Assembly: GCA_027592135.1 (NCBI GenBank)
Contig: JAQCIJ010000002.1
Location: forward strand, 1 to 63,950
DNA length: 63,950 nucleotides
Source: a bacterium
GTDB lineage: Bacteria; Patescibacteriota; Gracilibacteria; Peribacterales; Peribacteraceae
Direction: 5' to 3'
Shown here: positions 17,766-27,906 of the stretch, piece by piece
Position numbering within the stretch: position 1 is the stretch's first letter
Layout of the letters: each line of letters begins with the position of its first letter
Position numbers and translations under genes: made by a program
Notes under the pieces: generated by a model
What the model saw: the letters and a program-made list of their open reading frames with translations, nothing else
Databases searched by the model: none
What the model was told of the DNA's origin: nothing

Positions 17766-19553
17766 CTACTCCCACTCAATCGTCCCCGGTGGCTTATGCG
17801 TCAGATCTTGAAATACAACATCGACCCCCTCAAGAGCAAGTAGCCGTTGCGTCATTACAGCCACAACATCTTTTGGCAGATCAACCGCATTCGCTGTCAT
17901 CGCCTCTTGGCTTTCGACAGGGCGAAGAACAATAGACAATCCCCCTTCGGATGTCCCGAACGGAAGTAACACAACGGGGAATTGCCAGATAGATTCGTAG
18001 AGACCTGCGACTCCCATCTCATTATGAACAATGGCATCTGCTTGACGTAAAATCTCTGTTCGCTCTTTGGAAACATACCCTGGAGAGAACACAAACTCTG
18101 GTGGTGTGCTGTGCGACGTACACATCAACACACGATTGAAATCTTCTGATGCATTCGGAATAGATGTGGCAAGCTCCCAACACTTCTCGTCTGCAAATTG
18201 CTCATCACTAAACAGTGCAATGGCATGGCGGTAACTTCTTCCATCTCCTTGTACACCAACAGATTTAATAGGAAGAGCTGCGTACGCGATATGACGCAAC
18301 ACAGATTTAGGACAGCTCACACGAGAAGGTTCTTGTGCACACAGTATTCTTACGCCAAGACCAGGTCCTGGAAACGGGTGTCTCCAGACAAGATCGTGCG
18401 GGAGTCCAAGCTCTTCTCCGAGTGCGCGCACTTCATCTTTGTAGAGCTCTCGTAGAGGTTCGACAACCAAACCCTCCTTCATCATCTGCTGAATAGCATC
18501 AATCCGATTATGATGCGTCTTAATTGTATCCGCGTTCTTTGTTTCACCAGTTTCGATTGTATCGGGATAAATCGTTCCTTGTCCGAGCATCCAACCATCT
18601 TCCATTTTTAAGTTCATCTCTTCGCTCACACGTTTTTGTACAGACAAGAATGCATCGCCAATAATCCAACGTTTGTCTTCTGGCTCGTAGACCTCAGCAA
18701 GTTTTTTCAAAAAGTATGCTGATGCATCTTCGATACGAAGATTGGTAATCCCCAGTGCATCAAATGCTTTTTTTATTTGTATTGTTTCATCTTTGCGCAT
18801 CATTCCCGTATCTATGTACAAGCCCTGTACGCGATCTTCTCCGAGGACTTGGTTCAGTAAAACAAAAGCAACGGTAGAATCCACTCCACCCGATACCAAC
18901 ATAAAGACTTTGCGATCCCCTACTTCTTTTTTTAGAGCCTCTCCAATGTGGTCTTTATAACTTTCAATACTCCATTCCGCTGCATCACACGTCTTCACAA
19001 AGTTTTCTATCAGTGTCTGTCCGTGTTCTGTATGCACTACTTCTGGGTGAAACTGCACAGCAGTAAAGTTCCGATCTATATCCGCTATAAATGCATTACT
19101 GCAATTATTTGATGTACCTATTCGCTCAAAACCTTCGGGTAACAGAGTAACTTCATCCCCATGACTCATCCATACAATCATTTCCTTGGGTAATCCACTG
19201 CCAATTCCCAAATTCCTATTCCCTATGTGCAACTTTGCCTTCCCATATTCTTTTACCTCCCCCTGGCTCACTTCTCCCCCTAGCGTCTTTGCCATCCATT
19301 GTAATCCATAGCAAATACCCAGCACGGGAATACCGAGTTCAAATAGAGCAGGATCCCCTTGTGGACTCTTAGGATCGTACACACTTTGTGGGCCTCCAGA
19401 GAGGATGATTCCTGCAGCATTCTTCAGCTCCTGCGCAGATGTATCTGCATCCTTAATCTCCGAGTACACACCGCATTGGCGTACCCTACGGGCAATGAGA
19501 TGCGCGTACTGACCTCCAAAATCGAGAACAATTATTGATCGCTGATGATCCAT
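17766..19553 (-). CDS. guaA: GMP synthase (glutamine-hydrolysing)
   Basis: GATase domain (GICYGLQ), ATP-PPase P-loop (VSGGVDSTV), and a C-terminal dimerisation domain ending PPGTIEWE. Confidence 0.92.
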   Translation of the reverse strand: MDHQRSIIVLDFGGQYAHLIARRVRQCGVYSEIKDADTSAQELKNAAGIILSGGPQSVYDPKSPQGDPALFELGIPVLGICYGLQWMAKTLGGEVSQGEVKEYGKAKLHIGNRNLGIGSGLPKEMIVWMSHGDEVTLLPEGFERIGTSNNCSNAFIADIDRNFTAVQFHPEVVHTEHGQTLIENFVKTCDAAEWSIESYKDHIGEALKKEVGDRKVFMLVSGGVDSTVAFVLLNQVLGEDRVQGLYIDTGMMRKDETIQIKKAFDALGITNLRIEDASAYFLKKLAEVYEPEDKRWIIGDAFLSVQKRVSEEMNLKMEDGWMLGQGTIYPDTIETGETKNADTIKTHHNRIDAIQQMMKEGLVVEPLRELYKDEVRALGEELGLPHDLVWRHPFPGPGLGVRILCAQEPSRVSCPKSVLRHIAYAALPIKSVGVQGDGRSYRHAIALFSDEQFADEKCWELATSIPNASEDFNRVLMCTSHSTPPEFVFSPGYVSKERTEILRQADAIVHNEMGVAGLYESIWQFPVVLLPFGTSEGGLSIVLRPVESQEAMTANAVDLPKDVVAVMTQRLLALEGVDVVFQDLTHKPPGTIEWE

Positions 19554-19631
19554 GGGTGCAGTGTAATGGTTTGCCTTTGCGAAGGCGAGTGGTTGACAAG
19601 AAATATCCTAGAAGAGTAATAATAGAGAACT

Positions 19632-20231
19632 ATGATTACTGGAGTACTGGCGAACTTTCCTAGCACAGAAGATGATAATGCACTCATGACATGGTGCAAA
19701 AACGTACATGGGCAACACTCTGGGGATATTCCAACGATTGTAAAGCACGTCTTAGAACATCAAGACGCTGCAGAAGCACTTGGAGCAAAGATCAAAGATA
19801 TACGCGAAGCCCTACGAAAAATCTGTAATGCACGAAAAATTATGTCTGCTGCAATAGAGCAACGAAAAGCTCTCTTAACCACAACTAATAATGAATTACA
19901 AAAACAATTGAAACGTGCAACAGTGACTTTCAAAGCTGAAATACAAAAGTGCTTAATGCGGTATGTCGATACTCTCTCTCTCGCAATTGCAATTTCAAAT
20001 TCCAATACAGCAACACGTCCCGGCGAGCATTTGCATGTAGACACAAGTTCAGTGAACCTAACTGATGGAGAACCTGCAGTAGTAAATGAAAATGCAATTA
20101 ATGAATGGCTCACATCAGAAACTGGTACAGTTAATGATCCTAAATTGGATTTTGAAGTAGATGAGCGTCTTGTGACTGATGAAGAAGATGAAGGTGGCAG
20201 TGGACCTGATAGTGGCGAGTTACTTCTGTAA
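19632..20231 (+). CDS. Hypothetical protein (helical, acidic C-terminus)
   Basis: 199-aa ORF with no recognised motif. Its 3' end overlaps the convergent downstream gene by 12 bp. Confidence 0.4.
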   Translation: MITGVLANFPSTEDDNALMTWCKNVHGQHSGDIPTIVKHVLEHQDAAEALGAKIKDIREALRKICNARKIMSAAIEQRKALLTTTNNELQKQLKRATVTFKAEIQKCLMRYVDTLSLAIAISNSNTATRPGEHLHVDTSSVNLTDGEPAVVNENAINEWLTSETGTVNDPKLDFEVDERLVTDEEDEGGSGPDSGELLL

Positions 20232-21608
20232 CCGAGTCGCCAACAATATCCACACCGTATACGCTACTGCTGCATCTTCCCATGCATGCAAGAAGAGGGC
20301 TGCGATTGCAATACCAAAGAATGCTAATGCTACTGAGCAAGAAAAACGTTGGTTCGTTGATTCGTTGTTTCGAAGAAACGAACAAACCAATAAACGTTTT
20401 ACCAAGAGAAAGATTAAACTGAGATACAGCACAAAACCAAGAACACCGAGCTCTACCCCGATTTGCAGATACCAGTTTTCGGGCAAAAATGGACATGTGC
20501 ATTCAGCATCGACAGGCTGCACTTGCGTATCGCCTACAAACACACAAAGGTTTTCGTGTATCTGTGCCCACGAAGGATCATCCCCTTCTTCTAAATACAC
20601 ACACGTATCACTAACTCTGTTACTCGCAGGACCAGCCGTCCCTAGCCCCAAACCAAAAGGATTCTGTATCATTACCTGCAATGCCTGCAAAGGTCTACTA
20701 ATATGATCACGTGTAGAGGCTGCACGCGAAACAATAGATGGTGCTATTGCTTGTAATGCAAAAAGACATACAAATGATATACAAAATAGTGCTCCAGATA
20801 GTTGAAAGAACTTCTTTCGAGGAAGCTGCTTCCAAAGCATCACTCCAACCAATACAGCAGTGGCTAAGAGTGCAGAACGAGAAAGCGTAAACAGCATGGT
20901 AAATAATACAAACGTTCCAATGACTAATGACCAATGACTAATGACTTTTTTATGAGAAAGTACAACAGAGAACGGTATGATCAACCATAATCCTAATTGA
21001 TTCGGCCCACTCATCGTCGACTGAATACGACGAATAGCACTGCCACCAATCTGCTGGAATGCAGCCAAAGGAGCATCACTCTGGTACAAAGAATGTAAGT
21101 CACTGTACCCAAGCCACACAAAAAACTGCTGGTGCATATACATTCCTAAAATTCCATACACAGAAATTATGGCTGCAGCGATAAGGATCACTTTGAATAC
21201 GTGATTCATGAATTGATCCGACCACTCCACACGTCGTAAGATCATGAATGTAATAAGCGGGATGAAGTCATATTTAAAACCGTAGAGAAACTGGTTGATA
21301 CGTGATGAGTGATGCGTGATAAAAAGAACAATTGAAAGTAAGAGTAATAACAATATGCAAACATCAAGTACATCAATACGTATTACTCTTAACCCATTTC
21401 TCTTCACTTTCTTAAGAATTTCAACTACAGCAATCAACAAAATAACTCCCAATACTGCCTCTTTCCAGAGGGCTAGATACGTAAGTGGAGCATTCCCCGG
21501 ACCTGCAATAAGCTTTGTACCAACCGTTACGATAAACGCATGGAACGGAAGGAGTCCCAAAAGTACTATCGTAAGATGTTGGCGAACATTCTGAAGAGTC
21601 ATATACAC
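20220..21608 (-). CDS. O-antigen ligase / polymerase family (Wzy_C-like) membrane protein
   Basis: Polytopic, with FTLSRSALLATAVLVGVML typical of the family. It has a Cys-rich predicted external loop (DTCVYLEEGDD...CVFVGDTQVQPVDAECTCPF). Confidence 0.65.
   Translation of the reverse strand: MYMTLQNVRQHLTIVLLGLLPFHAFIVTVGTKLIAGPGNAPLTYLALWKEAVLGVILLIAVVEILKKVKRNGLRVIRIDVLDVCILLLLLLSIVLFITHHSSRINQFLYGFKYDFIPLITFMILRRVEWSDQFMNHVFKVILIAAAIISVYGILGMYMHQQFFVWLGYSDLHSLYQSDAPLAAFQQIGGSAIRRIQSTMSGPNQLGLWLIIPFSVVLSHKKVISHWSLVIGTFVLFTMLFTLSRSALLATAVLVGVMLWKQLPRKKFFQLSGALFCISFVCLFALQAIAPSIVSRAASTRDHISRPLQALQVMIQNPFGLGLGTAGPASNRVSDTCVYLEEGDDPSWAQIHENLCVFVGDTQVQPVDAECTCPFLPENWYLQIGVELGVLGFVLYLSLIFLLVKRLLVCSFLRNNESTNQRFSCSVALAFFGIAIAALFLHAWEDAAVAYTVWILLATRLQK
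20919..20946. repeat. (AATGACT)x4 heptamer array, coding
   Basis: Reads aatgact aatgacc aatgact aatgact inside the O-antigen-ligase-family ORF (VISHWSLVIG). A related degenerate block lies at 30552-30579. Confidence 0.9.
21301..21321. repeat. CATCACG-family heptamer array (x3, reverse orientation), coding ITHHSS
   Basis: On the plus strand it reads cgtgatg agtgatg cgtgata. The reverse complement, atcacgcatcactcatcac, is identical over 19 nt to 38481-38499. Confidence 0.9.
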
Positions 21609-21634
21609 CTATCGTACTTTATCCACTATCCTCT

Positions 21635-22963
21635 TTACAGTCCAATTCTCTCCTCCTCTCCCCGAAATACTTCACCAGTTGCCAGCACTTCTTCTACAGC
21701 ATCTATACATTTACTACTCACATTCTCTCCATAGATCTTTGGTGCATTACGCATTTCTTTGTTGTCCCACGCGTATTCAACAATGCTCTTAATAAGATGA
21801 GCATCGATTGGAGGGGCAATCAGGTTTCCTCCATTAATCGCAGACTCAGATCTATCGGATCCAAAGCGAAGTGTCACACACGGCACACCCATCACATTCA
21901 TCTCTTCTTGCATACTTCCAGAGTCGGTAGCTACCACCGCAGCCTTGCTCATCGCCGCAATAACATCCACGTACTCCGCCCAAACAGGTGAGTAGATAAA
22001 GTTATCGTATTCCTTGTCCATATTCTCTACCTCTGCCTTCAGACCAAAGTTCTCGAGGGCAGATTCTGTTTTAAACAAAGAGATGAGTAATACTTTGCGT
22101 CCTTCTTCGATCAGCATCTTCATTGCATCATAAATAGCACGAAATCGTTTTTCGTTTGTGCAGTTTTCTCCGCGATGAATACAAAATCGTACGAAGTCTC
22201 CATCAGCGAGTTCCGGATGACGTTCAAATACTGTAGAGCTGTCTGCACGACTCATCGCTTCGTGCGTAGCATCGGCAACAGAGTTTCCAACAACAAAAAT
22301 ACGATCGTCACAGTACCCTTCTCCTAGCATAAATTCACGATCAAGCTCTACAGGAGCTAGGTGAATTCCAGTTGCTGCTTCTGCGCATCGTGTATTGAAT
22401 TGTTCTGGGAACGGTTCTTGTGATCCTCTCTCCCAATTGTTGCGATCCATTTGAAATGCACGCCATGCAGCACAATCAAATCCATCATCACTCAAACTAA
22501 ACTCTGCAAACTTTGGTGTAAGTGTTCGGATCCCCGCTTCGACATGCACAGCAGCAAACTTATGACAGTATCCTGCATTAGCAGCGGCCATACACGTTGT
22601 TGTGTCTCCATGAACATACGGAATCACGGTCTTTCCTTTTTCTTTTAGCTCTCCAATAACGTATCCCAAACGACCAATAATCTGGCTTACTACTTCGTGG
22701 GCAGGTCCGCGTACATTCAAATTAAAATCAGGCTCTACCCCAAACTCTTTCAGCATTCCTCCTGATAAGTTTTCATCATAGTGCTGACCCGTGTGACCAA
22801 GAAGCACCAAGTGCCCTCTATTTTGTAACTCTTTGTACAAAGGAATCTGCTTGATGATATCGGGCTTTGTCGCGATCAAAATGAGATGCACATTGGTCTG
22901 GCTGTTTGCAGCCACCTCGTCATAAAAGCCTTCAGAGCGGTACGTTATCTCTTGCATGCGCAA
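21635..22963 (-). CDS. UDP-N-acetylglucosamine 2-epimerase family protein
   Basis: Epimerase_2 pattern: HLILIATKPDIIK, LLGHTGQHYD, VHGDTTT, and AVHVEAGIRT. Confidence 0.8.
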   Translation of the reverse strand: MRMQEITYRSEGFYDEVAANSQTNVHLILIATKPDIIKQIPLYKELQNRGHLVLLGHTGQHYDENLSGGMLKEFGVEPDFNLNVRGPAHEVVSQIIGRLGYVIGELKEKGKTVIPYVHGDTTTCMAAANAGYCHKFAAVHVEAGIRTLTPKFAEFSLSDDGFDCAAWRAFQMDRNNWERGSQEPFPEQFNTRCAEAATGIHLAPVELDREFMLGEGYCDDRIFVVGNSVADATHEAMSRADSSTVFERHPELADGDFVRFCIHRGENCTNEKRFRAIYDAMKMLIEEGRKVLLISLFKTESALENFGLKAEVENMDKEYDNFIYSPVWAEYVDVIAAMSKAAVVATDSGSMQEEMNVMGVPCVTLRFGSDRSESAINGGNLIAPPIDAHLIKSIVEYAWDNKEMRNAPKIYGENVSSKCIDAVEEVLATGEVFRGEEERIGL

Positions 22964-22990
22964 AGCATAGCCGAACTTGTGTGTAAAGAT

Positions 22991-23656
22991 CTACACTCTT
23001 CCCTCTTTTACACTCTTATCTGTTGTAGAAGCACCCTTAGTTACAATGCCCTCAACGTGTAAAATTTCGTGCTCTACCATGTTTTCTCCTTTGAATTTGT
23101 AAATATACGGGGTGCAAAGACCAATTTCTAATGCAGCTGTAGCCTCTGGAGTCAGCCCTTCAAGGTTTTTAATAATCGGCCTCAGGCTGTTTCCATGGGC
23201 AACAACCAGTACTGTTTTACCTTCTTTGAGAAGTGGAAGAATATGCTCTACGAAATACGGCCATGTGCGCTTCTCACAATCTTCCATACTCTCTCCATTG
23301 GGAGGACGCGTATGAAAGCTACGCCGCCACAGTTGAACTTGTTCCTCTCCGTATTTCTCAACAGTCTCTGCCTTATTCAATCCTTGTAGATCTCCATAAC
23401 TACGTTCATTGAGAGCTTCGTCTTTCGTAATAGGCAGATTCTGCCCCAATGTTTCCAAAATAACATCCAACGTTCCTGTTGCCCTCTCGAGTACCGAAGT
23501 AAATGCACTATCGAAAATAAAACCTTTAAGAGCATTCCCACACAAGGCAGCATCCTGCTTTCCTCGTTCTGTAAGTGGCACATCTGTCCAACCCGTAAAT
23601 CTATTTTCTAAATTCCACTGAGATTGACCGTGTCGAATAGCGATAAGAGTTCCCAT
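22991..23656 (-). CDS. gpmA: 2,3-bisphosphoglycerate-dependent phosphoglycerate mutase
   Basis: LIAIRHGQSQWNLENRFTGWTDVPLTERG, and VVAHGNSLR. Confidence 0.88.
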   Translation of the reverse strand: MGTLIAIRHGQSQWNLENRFTGWTDVPLTERGKQDAALCGNALKGFIFDSAFTSVLERATGTLDVILETLGQNLPITKDEALNERSYGDLQGLNKAETVEKYGEEQVQLWRRSFHTRPPNGESMEDCEKRTWPYFVEHILPLLKEGKTVLVVAHGNSLRPIIKNLEGLTPEATAALEIGLCTPYIYKFKGENMVEHEILHVEGIVTKGASTTDKSVKEGRV

Positions 23657-23713
23657 GCACCAAAAATACCACAGCTTCCCTCGAGAATCCATGTTTGCTA
23701 CACTTCACTCCTG

Positions 23714-24067
23714 ATGGAAATACATCACCTATCCAGAGGCCGTTTTCTCCACACTGTTGGATGGGGCCTTATGGCGAGCCTTGTCGTAGTAGGAATCGCC
23801 GCAGGACTCGGAAGAGCAACGGTAAACCTCGGAGCTGCCCTCACCGATAAGCCTGATATTGCTATCTATCTTCTTCTCCCAGATGAAGGACTCCATTCAA
23901 TAGAAGTACTAAAAGAAGAAGAGAACGAACGACACTACATGGCAGAAAGCAAAGACGGTCCAAAGTTTATTATCCTCAAAAAAGGAGAGGAAGAATGGTA
24001 CATCTCTCACGTCGAAAGGCTACACGCAGATGCTAACTCCGAAGAACCAGAAGCGGAAACCGAATAA
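23714..24067 (+). CDS. Hypothetical single-pass membrane protein
   Basis: Start chosen at MEIHHLS. It has one TM helix (GLMASLVVVGIAAGL) and an acidic C-terminus. Its 3' end overlaps the convergent TagA-family gene. Confidence 0.4.
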   Translation: MEIHHLSRGRFLHTVGWGLMASLVVVGIAAGLGRATVNLGAALTDKPDIAIYLLLPDEGLHSIEVLKEEENERHYMAESKDGPKFIILKKGEEEWYISHVERLHADANSEEPEAETE

Positions 24068-24749
24068 CCGCGGTATAGATTCTACCAATACGAGAGGGCT
24101 GAATCAGTAAGCGCCACAACCACTCGAGTCCTGTTTTTTGCATAAACTTCGGAGCTCGTTTTATAGAACCCGAAAGAAAATCAAACGTTCCTCCTACACC
24201 AATTGCCACTTTGATAGAGGTAAGGCTAAGTAAATGCTGATTGATCCACAAGTCCTGAGCTGGTGCGCCGTAGGCAACCAGCAGAAGCTGTGCACCACTA
24301 TCATTTATTTGCCTTATGATCTCAGCTGCATCTTCTTCTTTTGGGGAGCCTTCATAAGAAAACGTTACGAGTTGCGCGTTGCGCGTTGCGAGTTTCTTTG
24401 CAGCTCGAGAACCTACCCCGCCTTTTCCACCTAAAAAAAACACAGGACATTCGGCACCTGCAGAGAGTAATAACCGCTCTACCGTATCCACACCTGTCAC
24501 TCTCTCGGGAAGATGTTGACCTGATCGCGCGGCAGCCCATAAAAGCCCCGTCGAATCGGGAAGATTAAGTTCTGAGGTTTGTAGTAGTGACTTAAACGTC
24601 GAATGCTTTTGTGCAAGGACGAGCATCTCATTATTCGGAGTCATAACATGGTGTTTGCTACCATCTGAAAGCATTTGCGATATACGTGCAATGGCTTCGT
24701 CCTGAGTTAAGGGATCGATTGGTACGCCGAGAATTCGTACACGCTGCAT
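24033..24749 (-). CDS. WecB/TagA/CpsF family glycosyltransferase
   Basis: ILGVPIDPLTQDEAI, FFLGGKGGV, YGAPAQDLWI, and GVGGTFDFLSG..KRAP...GLEW.WRL..P.R. Confidence 0.85.
   Translation of the reverse strand: MQRVRILGVPIDPLTQDEAIARISQMLSDGSKHHVMTPNNEMLVLAQKHSTFKSLLQTSELNLPDSTGLLWAAARSGQHLPERVTGVDTVERLLLSAGAECPVFFLGGKGGVGSRAAKKLATRNAQLVTFSYEGSPKEEDAAEIIRQINDSGAQLLLVAYGAPAQDLWINQHLLSLTSIKVAIGVGGTFDFLSGSIKRAPKFMQKTGLEWLWRLLIQPSRIGRIYTAVIRFPLLVLRS
24368..24395. repeat. (CGNGTTG)x4 heptamer array, coding
   Basis: Reads cgagttg cgcgttg cgcgttg cgagttt inside the TagA-family ORF (ATRNAQLV). Confidence 0.85.
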
Positions 24750-24778
24750 AGATCAATAGTATACGATATACTGCGTCC

Positions 24779-25147
24779 ATGCTCGAACAATCCACCATCA
24801 GAGTTTTGCTCCCAATTGGGTTCTTTAGCGGGCTTGTTGCCATGCTCATGCTTGGGGAATCGTTTAAGCATATTCAGGCGACAACAGTAATAATTAATGG
24901 AGAGACCCCACAAGTACAACAGGTTCCTACTCCTGCGCAGGCATTACCTCGTTGTAAACAAAATAGTGATTGCCCTCTTCCTACAACGTATTGCAGTCAA
25001 AGTGGAAAATGCACGCAACTCACAAATCCTATCTGTGATTGTAGTCAGCCACAGGTATTGCGATGCTACGAAGAGTCAGGAAAAGCACGATTCTTGTTTT
25101 GTCCGAGTGCATGTGTAGAAACCAGAAACGGTGCTATCTGCCAATAA
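24779..25147 (+). CDS. Small membrane-anchored Cys-rich protein
   Basis: It has an N-terminal hydrophobic helix and 10 Cys in the C-terminal 70 aa (CKQNSDCPLPTTYCSQSGKCTQLTNPICDCSQP..). It lies immediately upstream of a DsbA-like gene. Confidence 0.5.
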   Translation: MLEQSTIRVLLPIGFFSGLVAMLMLGESFKHIQATTVIINGETPQVQQVPTPAQALPRCKQNSDCPLPTTYCSQSGKCTQLTNPICDCSQPQVLRCYEESGKARFLFCPSACVETRNGAICQ

Positions 25148-25169
25148 AAAAATCCGCTACAGTAAATCT

Positions 25170-25844
25170 ATGAGACGCTATGTTTTTCTTTTGAGCTTGC
25201 TAATCCTGCTTACTGCGTGCGTGCCTCTCGAAGCACCCCAAAAAGCACCTGCACAACAGGATCAAGTAGAAGCATTAGACAGTGACCAGCTAGAATCAGA
25301 AGATGGGCAACTGCAGATTGTCGAACGACTTCTACCATCTGGACTCATAGAAATTGGTGACCGCGATGCACCAGTAGTTCTTCTAATATTTACCGAGCAC
25401 CACTGTCGTTACTGTAAAGACTTTTATCACGAGCACTTCCCCCTTCTGATCGAAGACTTTGTAACCCAAGGAAAACTAAAACTGCAAATTAGCATCTTGC
25501 CACTACGTAAATACATTCACAGCCAAAATGCAGCACTGGGACTTTTATGTGGGGCAACGCAAGGTAAGGGAATCCCCATGCATGAGCTCCTCTTCGCTCT
25601 TGGGGCTAAAGATCGAGAAGCTCTCCTTAGTGAAGCTGCCACATTAGAACTCGATCAAGATCTTTTTGTACAATGCCTCGATAGCCCAGATACACTCAAG
25701 ACTGTGGAGAGGCAAAAGTCCATCGCACGGTCTCTCGATGTCACCCTTGTTCCAACATTCTTCCTCAACGGGGAAAAGTCTGTAGGCCTTCCGCAGTATG
25801 CAGACTTACGAGGAATGATTGAAGTAGTAACTACGGACGAATAA
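25170..25844 (+). CDS. DsbA-like thioredoxin-fold lipoprotein
   Basis: The start MRRYVFLLSLLILLTACV carries a lipobox. The CxxC motif is in FTEHHCRYCKDF, followed by a DsbA-like helical insertion and VPTFFLNG. Confidence 0.7.
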   Translation: MRRYVFLLSLLILLTACVPLEAPQKAPAQQDQVEALDSDQLESEDGQLQIVERLLPSGLIEIGDRDAPVVLLIFTEHHCRYCKDFYHEHFPLLIEDFVTQGKLKLQISILPLRKYIHSQNAALGLLCGATQGKGIPMHELLFALGAKDREALLSEAATLELDQDLFVQCLDSPDTLKTVERQKSIARSLDVTLVPTFFLNGEKSVGLPQYADLRGMIEVVTTDE

Positions 25845-26100
25845 TCCGTATCAACTTAACGCGAGTTGTTGCTCCCGAAAGCATCTTCACCTGCTCTTTT
25901 GCTACACCAAACTCCTGCGCCAAGTACCGCTTGAGTTCTGCGTTTGCTTTTCCATTTTCGGCAATCGCCGCTACGTGAATCTTTACACTTTCATCATCCA
26001 TAATACTCTGCACTTCGGTTTTCGCCATACCAGACCGCACACGCACATAAAACTGCACCGTATCTTTTTCGGCCAATTCGCTGATGAGGCTTTCGAGCAT
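25831..26100 (-). CDS. DUF167 (YggU) family protein
   Basis: 89 aa. The pattern VRVRSG..KTEV......IHVAA.AENGKAN.EL.RYLA..FGV.K..V....G.T.R.K is typical of the family. Confidence 0.7.
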   Translation of the reverse strand: MLESLISELAEKDTVQFYVRVRSGMAKTEVQSIMDDESVKIHVAAIAENGKANAELKRYLAQEFGVAKEQVKMLSGATTRVKLIRIIRP

Positions 26101-26101
26101 A

Positions 26102-26806
26102 TTAGCTTAGCTGATTTTTCCTCCACTTCTCTATCTCTGCATGATGACCAGAGAGAAGAACATCTGGTACTTTGATTCCTGCGTACTCATCTGGCCTCGT
26201 GTAGTGGGGATATTCTTTTTTACGATCTAAAGCAGGGGAAAAGCTTTCCTCTTGCGCCGACTCTTCTTTGCCAAGTACTCCAGGGATATGTCGAGCTATA
26301 GCATCGACGAGCACCATTGCTGGGAGCTCTCCTCCAGTAAGAACGTACTCTCCGATACTGATCTCTTCGTCGATCCAGCCTCCTTCTACGATACGCTGAT
26401 CGATCCCCTCGTAATGGCCGCACAGGAGAATAATCCACTCATACTGCTTGGCAATTTTTTCTACTTTTTCCTGCGTCAATCGCTCTCCGCGAGCAGAAAG
26501 ATAGATGCGATAAGGAACATACTTTGCACCAAAAACATCTTTAATTTTACGCATTCCATTAATAGATGTTCGTCCAGCTTTGGTGACTTCTTCAATAGCA
26601 GGAATAATAACATCTGCACGCATCACCATTCCGGCTCCACCACCATACGGTTCATCATCCACTTGTCTGTGTGTACCAATACCCCACCGTCTCAAATCGT
26701 GATAATGAATATCTATCCGCTTTTCCTTCTGTGCACGACCAATAATACTCTCGCCCAAAGGTCCGCGAAACATGCCAGGGAATAATGTAAGGATATCAAT
26801 ACGCAT
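26102..26806 (-). CDS. trmD: tRNA (guanine37-N1)-methyltransferase
   Basis: MRIDILTLFPGMF, YGGGAGMVM, CGHYEGIDQR, SIGEYVLTGGELPAMV, and YTRP. Confidence 0.92.
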   Translation of the reverse strand: MRIDILTLFPGMFRGPLGESIIGRAQKEKRIDIHYHDLRRWGIGTHRQVDDEPYGGGAGMVMRADVIIPAIEEVTKAGRTSINGMRKIKDVFGAKYVPYRIYLSARGERLTQEKVEKIAKQYEWIILLCGHYEGIDQRIVEGGWIDEEISIGEYVLTGGELPAMVLVDAIARHIPGVLGKEESAQEESFSPALDRKKEYPHYTRPDEYAGIKVPDVLLSGHHAEIEKWRKNQLS

Positions 26807-26807
26807 A

Positions 26808-26845
26808 TTAAGGGATAAGGGATTAGTATTATGGGGTAAGGGAAG
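26808..26845. repeat. (TAAGGGA)-type heptamer array in the trmD/GT2 divergent spacer
   Basis: Reads ttaaggga taaggga ttagtat tatgggg taaggga. An inverse-sense C-rich array, (CCCTACC)x3-4, follows at 26882-26909 inside the GT2 ORF (PPTPYSLP). Confidence 0.8.
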
Positions 26846-26850
26846 CATCT

Positions 26851-27870
26851 ATGAAATCATTTCCCTTAGTACTTAACAGTGCCCTACCCCCTACCCCCTA
26901 CTCCTTGCCCCGCATTTCCGTCCTCATCCCCACCTACAAGCCAAATCCTCTGCATCTTTCCGAAGCCGTAGAGAGTGTACGTGCACAATCGGAGCAAGAC
27001 TGGGAGTGCATTATCTGTGATGAGCCTACAGAAGTAGACACGCATGCAATGGTGATGGATTATCTCATTGATGATCGATTTCAATTTCACACAAACGAGA
27101 AATGCCTAGGGATAGGAGGAAACTGGAACGAATGCTACCGCAAAGCATCAGGCAACGTTATCGCGTATCTCTTCCAAGATGATCTTTGGGAACCGAACTA
27201 CTTAGAGACTGCTCTGAAGATCTTTTCTGAGAATCATGACGTCGGCATTATTTCGATGCATCACAAGTATCAATACGACGAAACCCTTTGGACCATCGAT
27301 GGATATGAACTGGTTAAAGAAGTACAAAAGCAACTATTGCCTGGTAAGCAGGCAGGGAGCGAAATCTTAGAGTGGTGGCTAAAGCGCAATATGCATCCGA
27401 ACATCATCGGTGAGCCTCCATTTGTAGTCCTTAGAAAAGAACTGATGGAAGAAGTAGGGCCATTTAACGAGAACATGCTACAGTTTCTCGATGTAGAGTA
27501 CTGGCTGCGCTGCTTGCAACATACCAACTGGTACTACGAGAATACATCACACGGTGCGTTCCGTGTGCATAGTGATGCTGCCTCTGCAAAAAATAATGAG
27601 TCTGGTAGAGGGCTCTACGATCGCCTAACGGTCTTTGAGCAGCTGATAAAATCCCTGCACGGTCCACTTAAGAAAGTGGCGATCACATCTCGCAACAGAT
27701 CTGTGCAAGATATGATCGAAAAGTTTTTACACCGCACAAAACAGGGGAAAGGGGTTAGTGGTACAGGGAGTGGGCAAGTGTTTTGGTTTGTCCTTCGTCA
27801 TCCGATTATCGTTACTTTTGGGCTTTTGAAAGCCATATTTAGGAAGAGCCGGATAAAAAACCTGCTGTAA
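26851..27870 (+). CDS. Glycosyltransferase family 2
   Basis: ISVLIPTYKPNP, and a GT-A core with ICDEPTE and YLFQDDLWEPNY (a DxD-like motif). Confidence 0.8.
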   Translation: MKSFPLVLNSALPPTPYSLPRISVLIPTYKPNPLHLSEAVESVRAQSEQDWECIICDEPTEVDTHAMVMDYLIDDRFQFHTNEKCLGIGGNWNECYRKASGNVIAYLFQDDLWEPNYLETALKIFSENHDVGIISMHHKYQYDETLWTIDGYELVKEVQKQLLPGKQAGSEILEWWLKRNMHPNIIGEPPFVVLRKELMEEVGPFNENMLQFLDVEYWLRCLQHTNWYYENTSHGAFRVHSDAASAKNNESGRGLYDRLTVFEQLIKSLHGPLKKVAITSRNRSVQDMIEKFLHRTKQGKGVSGTGSGQVFWFVLRHPIIVTFGLLKAIFRKSRIKNLL

Positions 27871-27906
27871 CAGAAACAATGGGCGAAGTGGAGTGGGTAG
27901 CGTAAG

